Positions 48,214-60,886 are shown, counted from the stretch's first letter. The stretch: 64,000 nucleotides of DNA from Gracilinanus agilis (GCF_016433145.1 NC_058130.1:732123332-732187331), one strand, 5' to 3'. Notes: generated by a model not told the origin, from the letters alone. Made by a program: numbers and translations.

Positions 48214-51200
48214 GAAATGAGAGGAAGGGAAAGTAGTTCCACCCCAGAACTAGGGATGACAACTTATTTTAGGGTAGCTTAGCTTTCCCTCCTCATTATA
48301 ATCTTATTACACAAAAGACAATCAAGGACAGTAAATAAACACATTTATCAAAGCAAATAGTAAAACATTAATGGGGATGCCATATAGATTAGTTTAAGCA
48401 ACAGAATCCACAAGACAAAAAGGAATTCTCTGACCTAGGAATGAGATGATATAGCCTATCAACTAGGGGAAAAAATAATTTCATTCTACTAGTCTACTCA
48501 GTCTCTGTGGATACAGACTCTGAGAGTGAAAAGATCTGGTGGGTTCCCAACTAGACAGTTACCAAGTATTTTAAAACATCTACTACTATGTGCCAAACAC
48601 TGCAAAACAGTGGGGATACAAAGATAGACAAATATCAATTCCAGTTCTCAAGGAGTTCGTAGTATAGCAGAGGAGGCAACATGCAGACAATTTTATTCAA
48701 ATAGGATTTCTATATCTCTCTAACCATCATTTAAATTAAGGATAATCTCAGAGGAAAGGCACTAACATTTAGGAGCCCAAGACTTCCCACAAAGCTGGGA
48801 TTTTGGTTGAGACCTGAAGGAAACCAGGGAAGTCAGGAGATAAGTAGGGAGGGAATTCCAATCCTGAAGGACAAACAGGCAAAATGCTTGAATTCAGAGA
48901 TGGAGCATCTTGTCAAAGAGTCATTGAGGGGGTCAGTATACCATCTCCTCCTTCCATACACCTCCAGTTTTAATATCCAGAGTTCACGCTTTGCCTCTTT
49001 TTCCCCATCTCCTTCCTTTCTTATCTTTGCTTCTTTCCCAGAAGCCCATCATCCAGCAAGAAGTTGTTACTCTTCACAGCATCACAGAGATTCGGGGGAG
49101 GCTTCTAGTCCAACCTCAGAGGCTGAAGTTATACTTATATTTGAATACCCAAACTTGTCCATACAAGTCAAATAAATTCAGCCAAGGGAGTAAAGGTTGG
49201 ATTGAAATACTTCCCATGAAGATGAGCTGCTTCTGCTGAGAAATACTCTTTGGTCCCTTAAAAACATTAACCAAAACATTAACAATCAGAGGTGGCTGAT
49301 CCTTGTGATGAGGGGCTGTATCAAAGATGAGTCAAGGGGCCAGTGAAGTGGCTCATTGGATTGAGAGCCAGGCCTAAAGATGGGAGGTCCTAGGTTCAAA
49401 TGTGCCCTCAGACAGTTCTTAGCTTTGTGACTTTGGGCAAGTCATTTAACCTTCATTGCCCAGCCCTTTTGCCTTGTAACCAATATACAGACTTGACCCT
49501 AAGTTGGAAGGTAAGGGTTTTAAAAAATGAAAAACAAGTACATGGTAAGGAGAGGACTGTGCTTGCCTGGACAAGCCTGAGATGGGACCTTAAAAACCTG
49601 ATTGCTATTTCTGTTCTGAATTTTTTCCTGTAACATAGAGGACTGAATAGCTATCCTGAAAGATGGAAAGATGTTTCCACCATCAGTCATTTTCTCATGA
49701 GAATTCTATTTTCATTGAATCAGGTGATGGTTGCCCATTGAGTATATTCCATATATCTCCTAGGAGGAGAAGATAAGATAAGAAGATAAGGAAAATGAGA
49801 CATCTTGCTCAGGAACACAAGTTGATGCTCAGATAATACAGACTATGTAGATCTATATATGGTACAGGGAAATGATGTCTCGGGTGAAAGTCTCTCCTAC
49901 TTATCATCTTGATGTGGCTTAAACATTGTCAAAGGGAGTTCCACCAGATTATTAATCTCCCAGGGAAACAAATTCCTATTGCTCAACCCCCTCCCCACTT
50001 TCTAGCCTTACATTTGGTACTAGATGGTACTTGCAACTTTCTTCAGATTTAGACTACTTCTTAGACTACAGCTTAGACTACTTCAAATTCTACCAGGGAG
50101 GTTAACATCAAATACAAATTAGGAGGAGCAGCTAGGTGGTCAGCAGATAGAGAATCAGGCCTAGAGAAGGCAGAAATGACCTTAGATACTTCCTAGGTGT
50201 GTGAGCCTGGGCAAGTCACTTCCCCCATTGCCTTACTGCTCTTCTTCCTTGGAACCAATACATAGTATTGATTCTAAGGTGGAAGTGAAGAGTTAAAAAA
50301 CAAAAACAAATCAGGGTTAACATCTGTTAATATAGGTTACATAACACTAAACACTGACAAAGAAATGAACAGAAGTCAAAGGGAGGAAAGGGCAATCTCT
50401 ATGAGTAAATGTTGAATAGACATAGCCAGCTGCCAGGAAACAGGGCTTTCCTGAATTAACTCCTTCCACTCACAGGGTAGTGGAAAAATGTTAAATTTGT
50501 AGAATTTCTTTTATGTACATAGTCACCCAAACCAGTCAGACTACTCATGGGAATAAAATGATGTTATTATTTTAATATTAACTTTATCATATTGCTATAT
50601 TAATGTTTATTTAATGTGTTACAGTGATCATTAATGTTTATTTAAATTAAATATTTATTTTAATGAGACACAAATTCTAGAAGAGTGTTGCAAGAAGGAG
50701 CAGATGCCTTCTGGGCTCCCACTGATTCAATTATCATCTCTATGCTGATAATTGTCAGATTTACTTAACCAGCTTAACGTCTCCATTAACTTCCAGTCTT
50801 GCAGTCTCCAACTGCCTATTAGATATCTTGAATTGAATGTCCCATAGATATCTTAAATTCAACATGTCCAAAACTGAAATAATTTTCTTTCTCTTCAAAC
50901 CCTCCCCTCTTCCTAACTTTTATATTCCCTACTATTTTTACATTATATTTCTTCTTTCCTATAAATTTTCTCAAAGGCATTGCCATCCTTCCATTCACAC
51001 AGGCTCATAATCTAAATAGTATCCTGGATGTCTTCTTATTTTTCTTAACCCTTATCTTCAGCCTTATCAATACTGTTTATTGATTCCAAGGCAGAAGAAG
51101 ATCAGTAAGGGCTAGGCAATATGGGTTAAGTGACTTGCCCAGGGTCACACAGCTAAGAAGTGTCAGAAGTCAGAGTTGAACCCAGGACCTCATATCTCTA

Positions 51201-51420
51201 ACCTGGCTCTCAATTCACTGAGCCACTTAACTGGTCCCCAGTCTAGAAATCTTACTCTCTCACCTCCTCCCAGAAGGATTTAATAGGTATGATGGGTTAC
51301 TGTTTTGTATTTTAAAGTATTTGTTAATGTGCTTATAGTATGTCTTTTGTGTTTTAAACATTTTTTATGGAGACAGAAGTAAATGCTTTATGGAGAAAGA
51401 AGTAAATGTGTACCATGTAC

Positions 51421-51844
51421 TGTGAGAAGGGAATTGGTTTTTTTATTTAATCAATTAGGGTTTTGGACTTCACCTTAATTTGTTTTAAATTTGAGTCAAT
51501 CAGCAACCACAAAATTGATCCCACAGGCACTGCCTCCCTGGGTGGTTCCAGGCTAATTGAGGAGCTCTGATTGGTTCCTGGGGGGGGTGTGATGTAGGAG
51601 AGCTGGTGGTATAGTGAGAAGTTATAAGATGAGACCCAGCAGGAAGCTGGTGGGGTTTGTTGTTTTCTGAGACTGAAATTCAGAGACAGACACTGAGTTG
51701 TCAGGCTCTGCATTATTTGGCTAGGAAATTCTTCACCTCCTTTCTATATTTCTCTCTTATTTTCTTTTTCTTACTAATAAATCTAGCTATTAACAGTCTT
51801 GTGACTTAAGGGTTAATTGGCGACCACCCATTCTAACCATTACA
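51421..51844 (+). mobile_element. 5' LTR of an ERV1-like provirus
   Basis: TGTGAG...TTACA, AATAAA near the end, followed by a PBS. Confidence 0.75.
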
Positions 51845-51848
51845 ATTT

Positions 51849-51866
51849 TGGTGACCATAAAGGGAT
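51849..51866 (+). other. Primer-binding site, probably tRNA-Arg
   Basis: TGGTGACCATAAAGGGAT versus the Arg PBS TGGCGACCACGAAGGGA as recalled; the differences are CpG transitions. Confidence 0.6.
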
Positions 51867-52379
51867 AACGAGTACTCTCATTTTCTTCAGTACTTTTTTT
51901 CTCCCTAGGTTATTCTTGAGTAGACTTGTTAGTAGCTAAATTCTAGAGTTAGGAGTTCTTACTCCTCTTTAAGTTGGTAGAGCAGTTTGGGATAGACAGG
52001 GGTGCAGATTAGCCTCACAGCTACAGCTGTTGGTCTAGTGCTGTGGAGCAGTTTGGAAGCCCCTTTTGCTTCTAAGGATAAACTGCACTGCTGTTGCCTC
52101 CCAACTACTGCTAATTCCCTGAGAGTTCTGCACAGACAGTAAGATAATGTCTTCTCCCTTTAACTGAGAACAGCTGAGTGCTTGCTACAGCCTGGTAAGT
52201 CAGGTGGGTTTTTTTTTAGCAACAATCAGCTCCCTCAGGGCTTCACCTGGGGGAGGATGCTTTCACTTCCCTGACTCCCTGACTTGGGGAAAGCTACCCT
52301 GCCCCCACAAGCTACTATCTCACAGCCCAGAACTCCACTCCTAAGAGTTTACTTTTTCTTTAAGGTTTTTCTTGAGCCC

Positions 52380-54523
52380 CCATGTGCCTAAAGCATTGGA
52401 TTAAGTGTGGAGGTGGAACACTGGGGAGAGGAGTTAGGGAGAGCATCAGTAAAGATAAATACAACTGCTCCCTTAACCCTGAGAGGCTTTCAGAGCCTAT
52501 AAGGGAAAAATCCCAACAGCCCACAACCTGTGCTTTACACCCAAAACCTGTGACCATCTTAGCTAAACTCGGGCTATATACTCTGAAGGCTTAACCTACC
52601 TACCTAAATAGGTGGCTGAGTATGCTGCTGAAAAGCATGGCCCACACTGAAAGAGAAGTTTTCTGCCTATCTCAAATAGTTCCTGTTCCAGGAGAGCATT
52701 AATGAGCTTGCACAGCTCACAATTTTAGATTGTCTGCATTTATTGTCATTTCTGGGTGTAATTGAACTGATAGGATACCTTCAGATTTACTAAATAGTTT
52801 ACCCATTCCTCTCTAAGAAAAAAACAATGGAAAGATAGCTTGATTGATCTCAAGACTTGGATAGAATACCTTGAAAAATGCATTTCTCATCCTGCTCAAA
52901 CCGTCTGTTGTTCTGCTCAGACCATCTCTCAGTCTATCCAAACTATCTCTCAATCTATCTAATATACCTTTCACTCTACCCAAATCATCTCTCCCACCAC
53001 CCAACCCATCTTTCCCCCTGTCCCTACTACTCCTTCTGGTCCCTTCACCTACTCCATTGAAGGCCATGAAAAGAAAGATGAAGATAATAGTGACTTAGTT
53101 GAGGCATTAAGGAAGGAAAAAAAATTTTAACTGAAAAAAATTGAAAAAGAAAAAGCAAATCAAGTTGTGGCATAGCCCCTTTGCAGGAATCCATAAAGCA
53201 ACCACTAATGTGTTACTTTTGTGGGAAAAGGGGTCACATAATGATGAACTTTAGGAAGTGGAATCAGGTATTTAGAACTATAAGCTTTAGAAATAATAAA
53301 ACAACAATAGAAACTCATATAGAAATAAGAGTTAAAATGAGGCAAATCAAGACACACACCAAAACACCGAAAATGAGGTTTGCCCACATTATACTCAGGA
53401 CAGAAATCCCCCTCAGTGTGGGGAACCCAGGAGAAATAGTTAGGGATCTTTTTGATGGTGTAAGGGTGGGGAAAGGGTTCTGGAATCAGAAAGTGAAAAC
53501 TTTGATTTCCCAGACCCTGATGTTTTAACACCAATTATCCCAGTTCATTCTCCCCACCAAAGTAATGAACCTCATGTAACGCTAAAAGTTGGAAACGTAT
53601 TATGATTGCCTCTTAGACACTGGAGCTTCCAGATCAATTTTGATGAGTAAATGTGATTCTGAATGCAATTCTATTGGCTCTTTAAATATAGTAGGTATAT
53701 CAGGAGTACCTCTAAAGGTCCGAAAGCTTTTCCCTTGAATGGTGTCTTTGGGACCCCTATCAGTAGAACATTCTTTCCTTTTAATGCCTGGTTCCCCTAA
53801 AATTTATTAGGGAGAAATCTTTTATGCAAAGATTAGAACCAAAATAACATGCTCTCAACATGGCTCTATAACACTAAAATTTCCAGAGGAATCCTTAAAA
53901 TTGCTCCCTGTACTTTTTTTAGATAGACAGGAAGTGAAAGAACCCCCCATCTTTGACATCCCAGCTGATATACCTGAGTCTCTCTGGGCCACATCTTCCA
54001 ATGTAGACCTACTCAAATCAGCTGTTACTGTTCAAATTAAGGCAAAAGGTGGCCCACCTCCTTCCATTTCTCATTATCCCCTATCAAAAGAGGCAATTGA
54101 GGGAATTACCCCACTGACAGATTCATTGATTAAGCAAGGAATAATAATTCCATGCAAATCTACATATAATACACCTATTCTCCCCATAAAAAAGCCAGAA
54201 GTAGGCCCAGATGGAAAATATATCTATCAATTCATACAAGTTTTAAGAGCTATAAATAATCATGTCATAGAAAGGCACCCAGTGGTTCCAAACCCAGCCA
54301 CAATTATCCCCTCTATTCCCAGCACAGCCACATATTTTACTGTTGTGGATCTGTGCTCAGCATTCTTCTCAATCCCTATTCATGAAAATTCCAGGAATAT
54401 AGTTGCCTTCACCTGGAAAGGTTCCCTATAGTAGTTCTGGTCCCAGTTACCACAGGGCTTTGTGGGTAGTCCTACATAATTCTCACAAATTTTAAAATAG
54501 GATTTAGAAAAATAATTTTTTAA
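52380..54523 (+). pseudogene. Decayed ERV gag-pro-pol: CCHC knuckle, aspartic protease, N-terminal reverse transcriptase
   Basis: CYFCGKRGH near 53210; DCLLDTGASRSIL near 53604-53642; NLLGRNL near 53801; RT motifs YNTPILPIKKP, LRAIN, YFTVVDLCSAFFSIP, AFTWKG, LPQGF..SP; stops and frameshifts; ends before the YxDD motif. Confidence 0.9.
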
Positions 54524-55168
54524 GGGACTTCCAGTTAAGATGGCGGCAGAGTAAGGAGCAACTGCTCGATCTCTCCTAACCGAAGCATACAGGACTCCTC
54601 TAGGGGACATAAAAACGAATCCAGACGAACGAAGGGACCCCACAACTGGGCGCAGCATTGAAGGTACTTGGAATCGGGGCATTTCCACGCTATAAAGGGG
54701 TGAAACAGCTCTCACTAAAACGCAAGAGGAAGAAGCCCCTCCCCCACCCCCCACACCACGCACAGCGCCAAGGCCAACGCACAAGAGTGAAAGCAGGATT
54801 GGGGCACCCAGTAAATCACTGGCAGCTCCAGGGCTTGTACCTGAGAGCTGCAAGATTTAGGACGCCAAGTGGCTAAAGAATGCGCACAGACTTTCCCAAT
54901 CATCTGCGCGGGTGAAGGCAGAGCCCTAGACGTGGACAAAGATCTCGAGAGCAGGCTTGGACCTCGAGTGGGGACCCTGTGCAGATGGGAGCGTGGCTGT
55001 AGAAGCAGCCCCTGAGACTGCTGAAGGAGCCTCGGGCAGAGGGGCAGACCAGGGACGACCAGGAGGCTTGACCCTGAGGACAAGGAGACCTGAACCCTCC
55101 TCGGGAGCCTAGAAAGAGCAGACAGACCCTGAGTGTGAAGACAAAGCTGAGAAGGGGCGGGGCTAACA

Positions 55169-56188
55169 ATGGCAAGTCGAGAACCCCAGAAGAAAAAGAT
55201 TATCAAGAAAAACTCTGGAACACTCAACAACTTTTACACAGAGAAAATCCAGACAACAGAGGAGGACAAACAAGTATCCAAACCTTCCCAAAACAATGAA
55301 AACTGGTCACAAGCTATGGAAGAGTTCAAAAATGAGATGTTGAGGAAGATGGAAGAGATCTGGCAAGAAAATAACAGTTTAAAAGGCAGAAATTTGCAAC
55401 TGGAAAGAGAGGCTCAGAAATCAAATGAACTGATAAGCAAATTGAACACCAGAAATGACCAGATTGAAAAGGAAAACCAAAAGATCATAGCCGAAAACCA
55501 AAAGATTATAGCCGAAAACCAGTCCCTTAAGGCTAGAATTGAGCAATTAGAAGCCAATGATCTCTCAAGACAACAAGAACAAATAAAACAAAGTCAAAAG
55601 ACTGATAAAATAGAAGGAAACATGAAATATCTCAATGAAAAAGTGACAGACCAAGAAAATAGGTCTAGAAGAGACAATTTGAGAATTATTGGTCTTCCAG
55701 AAAAAGGAGAAGTTAATAGAAACTTGGACTCCGTACTTAAAGAAATTATTCAGCAAAATTGTCCTGAAGTTCTACAACAAGAGGGCAATATAGACATTGA
55801 AAGGATCCATAGATCACCCTCTACACTGGACCCAGAAAAGTTAACACCCAGGAATATAATAGCCAAATTCAAGAGCTATCAAGTAAAAGAAAAAATCTCA
55901 CAAGAAGCCAGAAAGAGACAATTCAAATATCAAGGAGCACCAATCAGGATCACACAGGATTTGGCAGCTTCCACGCTAAAAGACCACAAGGCTTGGAATA
56001 CATTATTCAGAAAGGCAAGAGAGGTGGGCCTTCAGCCACGGATCAACTACCCATCGAAACTGATTATATACTTCCAGGAGAAAGTATGGGCATTTAACAA
56101 AATTGAAGATTTCCAAATTTTTGCACAAAAGAGACCAGGACTAAATGGAAAGTTTGATATCCAACCACAAAAATCAAGAGAAACATGA
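55169..56188 (+). CDS. L1 ORF1p (339 aa, open): coiled coil, RRM and CTD
   Basis: ENRSRRDNLRIIGLPE, IERIHR, PRNIIAKF, IRITQDLA, YPSKL motifs. Confidence 0.93.
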   Translation: MASREPQKKKIIKKNSGTLNNFYTEKIQTTEEDKQVSKPSQNNENWSQAMEEFKNEMLRKMEEIWQENNSLKGRNLQLEREAQKSNELISKLNTRNDQIEKENQKIIAENQKIIAENQSLKARIEQLEANDLSRQQEQIKQSQKTDKIEGNMKYLNEKVTDQENRSRRDNLRIIGLPEKGEVNRNLDSVLKEIIQQNCPEVLQQEGNIDIERIHRSPSTLDPEKLTPRNIIAKFKSYQVKEKISQEARKRQFKYQGAPIRITQDLAASTLKDHKAWNTLFRKAREVGLQPRINYPSKLIIYFQEKVWAFNKIEDFQIFAQKRPGLNGKFDIQPQKSRET

Positions 56189-56884
56189 AAAGGGAAATAA
56201 GAAACAGAGGGAAAAGAAAGAAAACTCATAATTTTTTAAATTTGACTCTTTAAAGGCTTAAATAAGATCTAATTATCTGTATTCCCTTGTTGAGAAATGC
56301 TATGTATAATTCTCTGTAGTGAACTCTATTTACTATTATAATATTCACTATTATAGCAACCAGAAGAATAATTCATAGGGAGAGGACAGGATACTAAATG
56401 GTCTAAGATGACATGGGGGGGTGGGAAATACATGGGGGGAATAGTAGGGGACACCAAGAGAAATCTTAGTAAATAAGAAAAATAGGATATTCTATTACAC
56501 ACAAAGTGGGCATGGGAAGGGGAGGGGATAAATACTATTATAAGAAGGAGAGGAAGAGAGCATTAAGAGGTAATATTTAAACCCGGAGAGGGAAGAGTAG
56601 CTATATTATCCATTGGGATAAAAAACTCTATCTAACCCTACTGAGAAAGTCAGAAGGGATAAACCAAAGGGAGCAGGGGAGTGGGGAGGTCAAAAAAGGG
56701 AGGTGAGAAGAAGCGGGAGGGAATTCATTAGGCCTTTAAAAACAAAAAGAGGGGAATAACAAGGGAGGGGGCAGAAAGGGAAGTCAATCAAAGGAGGGGA
56801 TAAGGGATACTGGCTCAAAGCAAACCACTGGTTTAAAAGAAAATAGTGTAAGAATAAGGGGTGGGTCTAGGGGAGGATACAAAA

Positions 56885-57342
56885 ATGGCAGTGAATGCAC
56901 AACTGATAATTATAACTCTGAATGTGAATGGGATGAACTCGCTCATAAAACGGAAGCAAATAGCAGAATGGATCAGAAACCAAAATCCTACCATATGTTG
57001 TCTACAAGAAACACATATGAGGCGGGTAGACATACACAAGTTTAAGGTTAAGAGCTTGAGAAAAATCTTTTGGGCATCAAATGAGAAAAAGAAGGCAGGA
57101 GTGGCTATTATGATTTCTGACAAAGTGGCTATTATGATTTCTGACAAAGCCAAAGTAAAAATAGATGTGATTAAAAAAGACAGGGAAGGTCATTACATCC
57201 TGATTAAAGGCAGTATAAACAATGAGGAAATAACACTGCTCAATATGTATGCACCAAGTGGCATAGCACCCAAATTCATAAAGGAGAAACTGGCAGAGCT
57301 CAAGAAGGAAATAGATAGAAAAACCATACTAGTGGGAGATCT
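56885..57342 (+). pseudogene. L1 ORF2 N-terminus (APE endonuclease), truncated
   Basis: TLNVNG, ICCLQETH, AGVAI, NMYAP, ILVGDL motifs; 24-bp in-frame tandem duplication at 57101-57148. Confidence 0.92.
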
Positions 57343-57811
57343 ATGTGTCAGATACTGTGCTAGCTGATGGGAATACAAATACAAAAAAAAATATGAAATA
57401 GTCCTTGCCTTCAAGAAACTTTTATCAGATGACAGAAGAAATAATAGCATCATGTGTTCACAGCTACTGGCAACCAGCAATTTCACTTCTTTCCAAAAGG
57501 CACCAGAGAGAGAAAGACATTTCATCTGCTTGTAGAGTCTGTATAGACACCTGGTCCTACCTCAGCAGTTAATAAGCAAATCCAATTTCTAAATCCAAAG
57601 CCTTTTCCACAACACTGCCTAGGAGTAATAGGGAACCCATGGAGTTGAACTGGAGGATGGAGAATCTAGAGGAAAATATTATAACAAGAAGATTAAAAAA
57701 AAGAGTTTATAAAGGTGCTTGGGGAATAGCTAGGTGGCTCAGTGGATAGCATGCTAGGCTTGGAGTTAGGAGGTCCTAGGTTCAAATCTGGCCTCAGACA
57801 CTTCCTACCAT

Positions 57812-58626
57812 TGTGAAGATGGGATTGACTTTCCCCTTGCCTACTTTTCAATTTAATCAACCAAAAGTGAGGATATTCCTACTCAACATTATGTAGGGGA
57901 GGTTCAGAAACCACTTACTAAAGTGAGATACACCTCTAGAAGGGACTGACTGCTCCCTGGGCAGTGTTAAGCAAATTTAAAGATTGCAATTGGTTTCCAT
58001 AAAGTAGAGGAAGGGACAGGAAATGATTTTAAAAAAGGACTATAAAAGATGATGAACTTCCTGTCCAAGGGGGGCTTCAGCCTGAATCTTGGGCTCTGAG
58101 GAGCTTGGACTGGAACTGGGGCTTGGAGCTACAACTTGGGTCTTTGTCCTTAATTTTTGGGTTGGAGGATCATCTTAGGGACTTTGCCTTTGGACTTTGG
58201 TCTTTGGCTTCATTTAGACCTGTGTCTTTGGCATTTGAACTGCTTCTGGTAAGATTGTTCTTGGATCTTCTCCCTTTGGACTTCAGATTGGGTGAGTGGA
58301 AAAAAAGCTGACTCTCCTTTCCTGGCGTCCGGAGAATTTAGTTCCTGAGAGGCCTCCCCTTCTTGGAGGAGGTGTTGAACCCTTGCTTATTTCAACACTA
58401 AGACCTCTATCTGAGGGGTTAACCCCTGTGTGGGTTGAGCTGGAGTCCAGAGCAACATTTAGGGTGATTTAGACTTCTTACTCTACCCTCTCTTTATATT
58501 TCTCTACTTTTCCTCTTTTTGCAAATAAAGCTGCTAAAAAGTTATTTTGATTTGAAATGTATTAATTTTTAAAATTGGTGACTATATTTTCTTATATTTA
58601 GTCTAACCACAAATTTAATCCCTATA
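57812..58626 (+). mobile_element. Solo LTR inserted into a SINE (halves about 57722-57811 and 58627-58730)
   Basis: TGTGAAGATGGG start; TSD ccat/ctat; TATAAAAG 58041-58048; donor TGG|GTGAGT at 58292; AATAAA near the end; homologous to 21184-21853. Confidence 0.8.
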
Positions 58627-59428
58627 CTATATGATCCTGGGTAAGTCACTTAGCCCTTATTGGTCTTCTTCTGCCTTGGAACCAATGCTTAGGATTGATT
58701 TTAAGATAGTAGGTAAGGATTTAAAAGATAAATAAAGGTGCTTGGGAGTCTTGAATTCCAAGCTAAGGACTTTGGATTTGATACTTCAGAGCAAACCAAG
58801 AATCACTCAGTTATCCTAGCCCTCCACATGGATGGATACTAGGCAAGGGAAAGATGCAAAATCAGATGGTGCTCAGAAAACCAAGGTTGCAGATTCACCA
58901 TTTGGAGAAGAAGCTATGGCTCCAAGATTCCCAGACCCTCCCCCTAATGCTTCACTTGGAAATTCTGGAGAGATGTGAAAGAGGGAAAAAGATAATTCAA
59001 GTTCATTTAAATTATTTCCTAATCCCACTCCATCTTGCCCCTGTGGAAAATTAAGATATGATCTCCAGATAATTTTAATCCATGACACACCATTTGTAAT
59101 GGGAAGAAGATTAGATGTATTAGATGTACAGAAGTTTGTCATTCAGTTCTTTCAGTCATGCCCAAATTTTTGTGACTTCATTTGTTTTTTGGGGGGCTAC
59201 GATATTAAAGTGATTTGTCATTTCCTTCTCTAGCTCAACTAGAAACTGAGGCTAAAAGGATTAAGTGACTCTCCCAGGGTCAGACAGCTAGTAAGTGACT
59301 GAGACCTGATTTCATATCAAGGAGATGAGTCTTCCTGACTTCAGCCCCTGTACCCTATCCACTACATCACCTAACTAACCCCAAGATTTAGGAAGACCAT
59401 CCCCACTCAGGCTCAAAGTAAGGTCTAT

Positions 59429-60212
59429 TGTTAGTCCTCAGGGAGGAACTCCCATGTGATAAGGTCAAACCTGGGGTTTTCACCTTTAAGCTAAATATAC
59501 TGGGGTTCATTAAATCTTTCTAGGCTAAAAGTTTGGGGGCTTCTAGATTCTACATCGACACCTAATATTTATATAGCTTGCTATGTGCCATTGTCGACAT
59601 GGAATCTAGAGTTCCCAAACTTGTAGCTTAGTGAGGTATGATGAACCCCAAGTTTAGAAATAGTTTGTAGGTTGGAGACCCCCAAAGCTTGTGCTTGTTC
59701 CCTGTTCCCCGGGAGAATCCACCCTGAAAGGAATCTCAGGCTAGCAGTTGCAGACTGAATAATGGACCCCAGGGTAAATGCTAAATACCCTTTTGTCCTA
59801 GGTACTCTTCCCCATTGTATCAAAGACCCTTCCCAGGAAGACTACCTGGGCAGGGACCATTCCTTTAGTATCCTTTGTGTAAGCAGTCCCTTTCCCCTAC
59901 ACCCTAGCCTCTAGCTATGATCCCTTTCTCTAGCTTGATTGTATCCTGTCAGTTTAATGTCAATCATCTCTCCCAGCCCCTGGATATTCCCAAAGGGTAT
60001 ATAAGTTCCCCAATTTCCTTTGTCCCTAGGAGTGGTCATCTAGTGCGGTGTCACTCCCAGGGGGATCAGGGAGCAGAGCGAAGCAGTGTTTCTTTAGACT
60101 CTGCACAAGGCGCAGCTCTGCATAAGAGGCCAAGTAGCCTTCATCCCCCTTTCCCTTGATTAAAGAGTGGTTTTATGACTATTTAATAGTCCCGTGTTTT
60201 TCTAAGTTAACA
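59429..60212 (+). mobile_element. Solo LTR (784 bp), different family
   Basis: TGTTA...TAACA termini; TSD ctat/ccat; TATATAAG near 59998; ATTAAA 60159-60164. Confidence 0.7.
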
Positions 60213-60688
60213 CCATGTTATTTGATCCTCACACCAACCCTGAGAGGTAGGTGCTATCTTATTCTCATTTTACAGAGGAGGAAATTGAAGCACACAGAGG
60301 TTAAGTGACTTGCTCAAGGCCACACACTACTGTCTGAGACTGGTCTTCCAGGCTCCAGGTACAGTGCTCTATTCATTAAATCACCTAGCAGCAACCTTTT
60401 CCTTTACTCAGAGAGCCATCCCTGGTAACAAACAATTCAGAAAGAAAGAGACTTGGGCAACTCTAAGACTATAAATTACAGAATAATTGCTAACCAGAGA
60501 GCATTCCTTCTCATGTAAGATAATGCAAGTAATGAAATTAAAGTTCTTGATTAAATAAATAAAAATCATTACTGTTATCTTATTCATTTTTTCAATGCGG
60601 TTCAGATAGAAACCATTCATTCAGAACTAAGTCACCATCTTGGCTTTTTGATGTTTTTACCAGAAGGCTGATCAAAATCTTGATCTCA

Positions 60689-60886
60689 CCTTGGGGGCAG
60701 CTGGGTAGCTCAGTGGATTGAGAGTCAGGCCTAGGGATGGGAGGTCCTAGGTTCAAATCAGGGCTCAGACACTTCCCAGCTGTGTGACCCTGGGCAAGTC
60801 ACTTGACCCCCATTGCCCACCCTTACCACTCTTCCACCTAGAAGCCAATACACAGAAGTTAAGGGTTTAAAAAAAATAATTAAAAA
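60689..60886 (+). mobile_element. SINE1_Mdo-type SINE with TSD
   Basis: 15-bp TSD aaaatcttgatctca. Confidence 0.88.

Larger units (their letters stand above)
54524..57342 (+). mobile_element. L1_Mdo-type LINE-1: intact 5'UTR and ORF1, long inter-ORF, ORF2 cut off after part of the endonuclease
   Basis: 5' end gggacttccagttAAGATGGCGgcag (YY1 site); ORF1 and APE domain present; abrupt end after LVGDL. Confidence 0.92.

Noticed and set aside
49205-49245. Minus-strand peptide SQQKQLIFMG resembling ubiquitin DQQRLIFAG
   Set aside because: Similarity does not extend to flanking residues in any frame
54715-55230. 171-aa antisense ORF in the L1 5'UTR as an ORF0 analogue
   Set aside because: Starts at TTG, not ATG; GC-rich UTRs give long ORFs by chance; no recognisable motif
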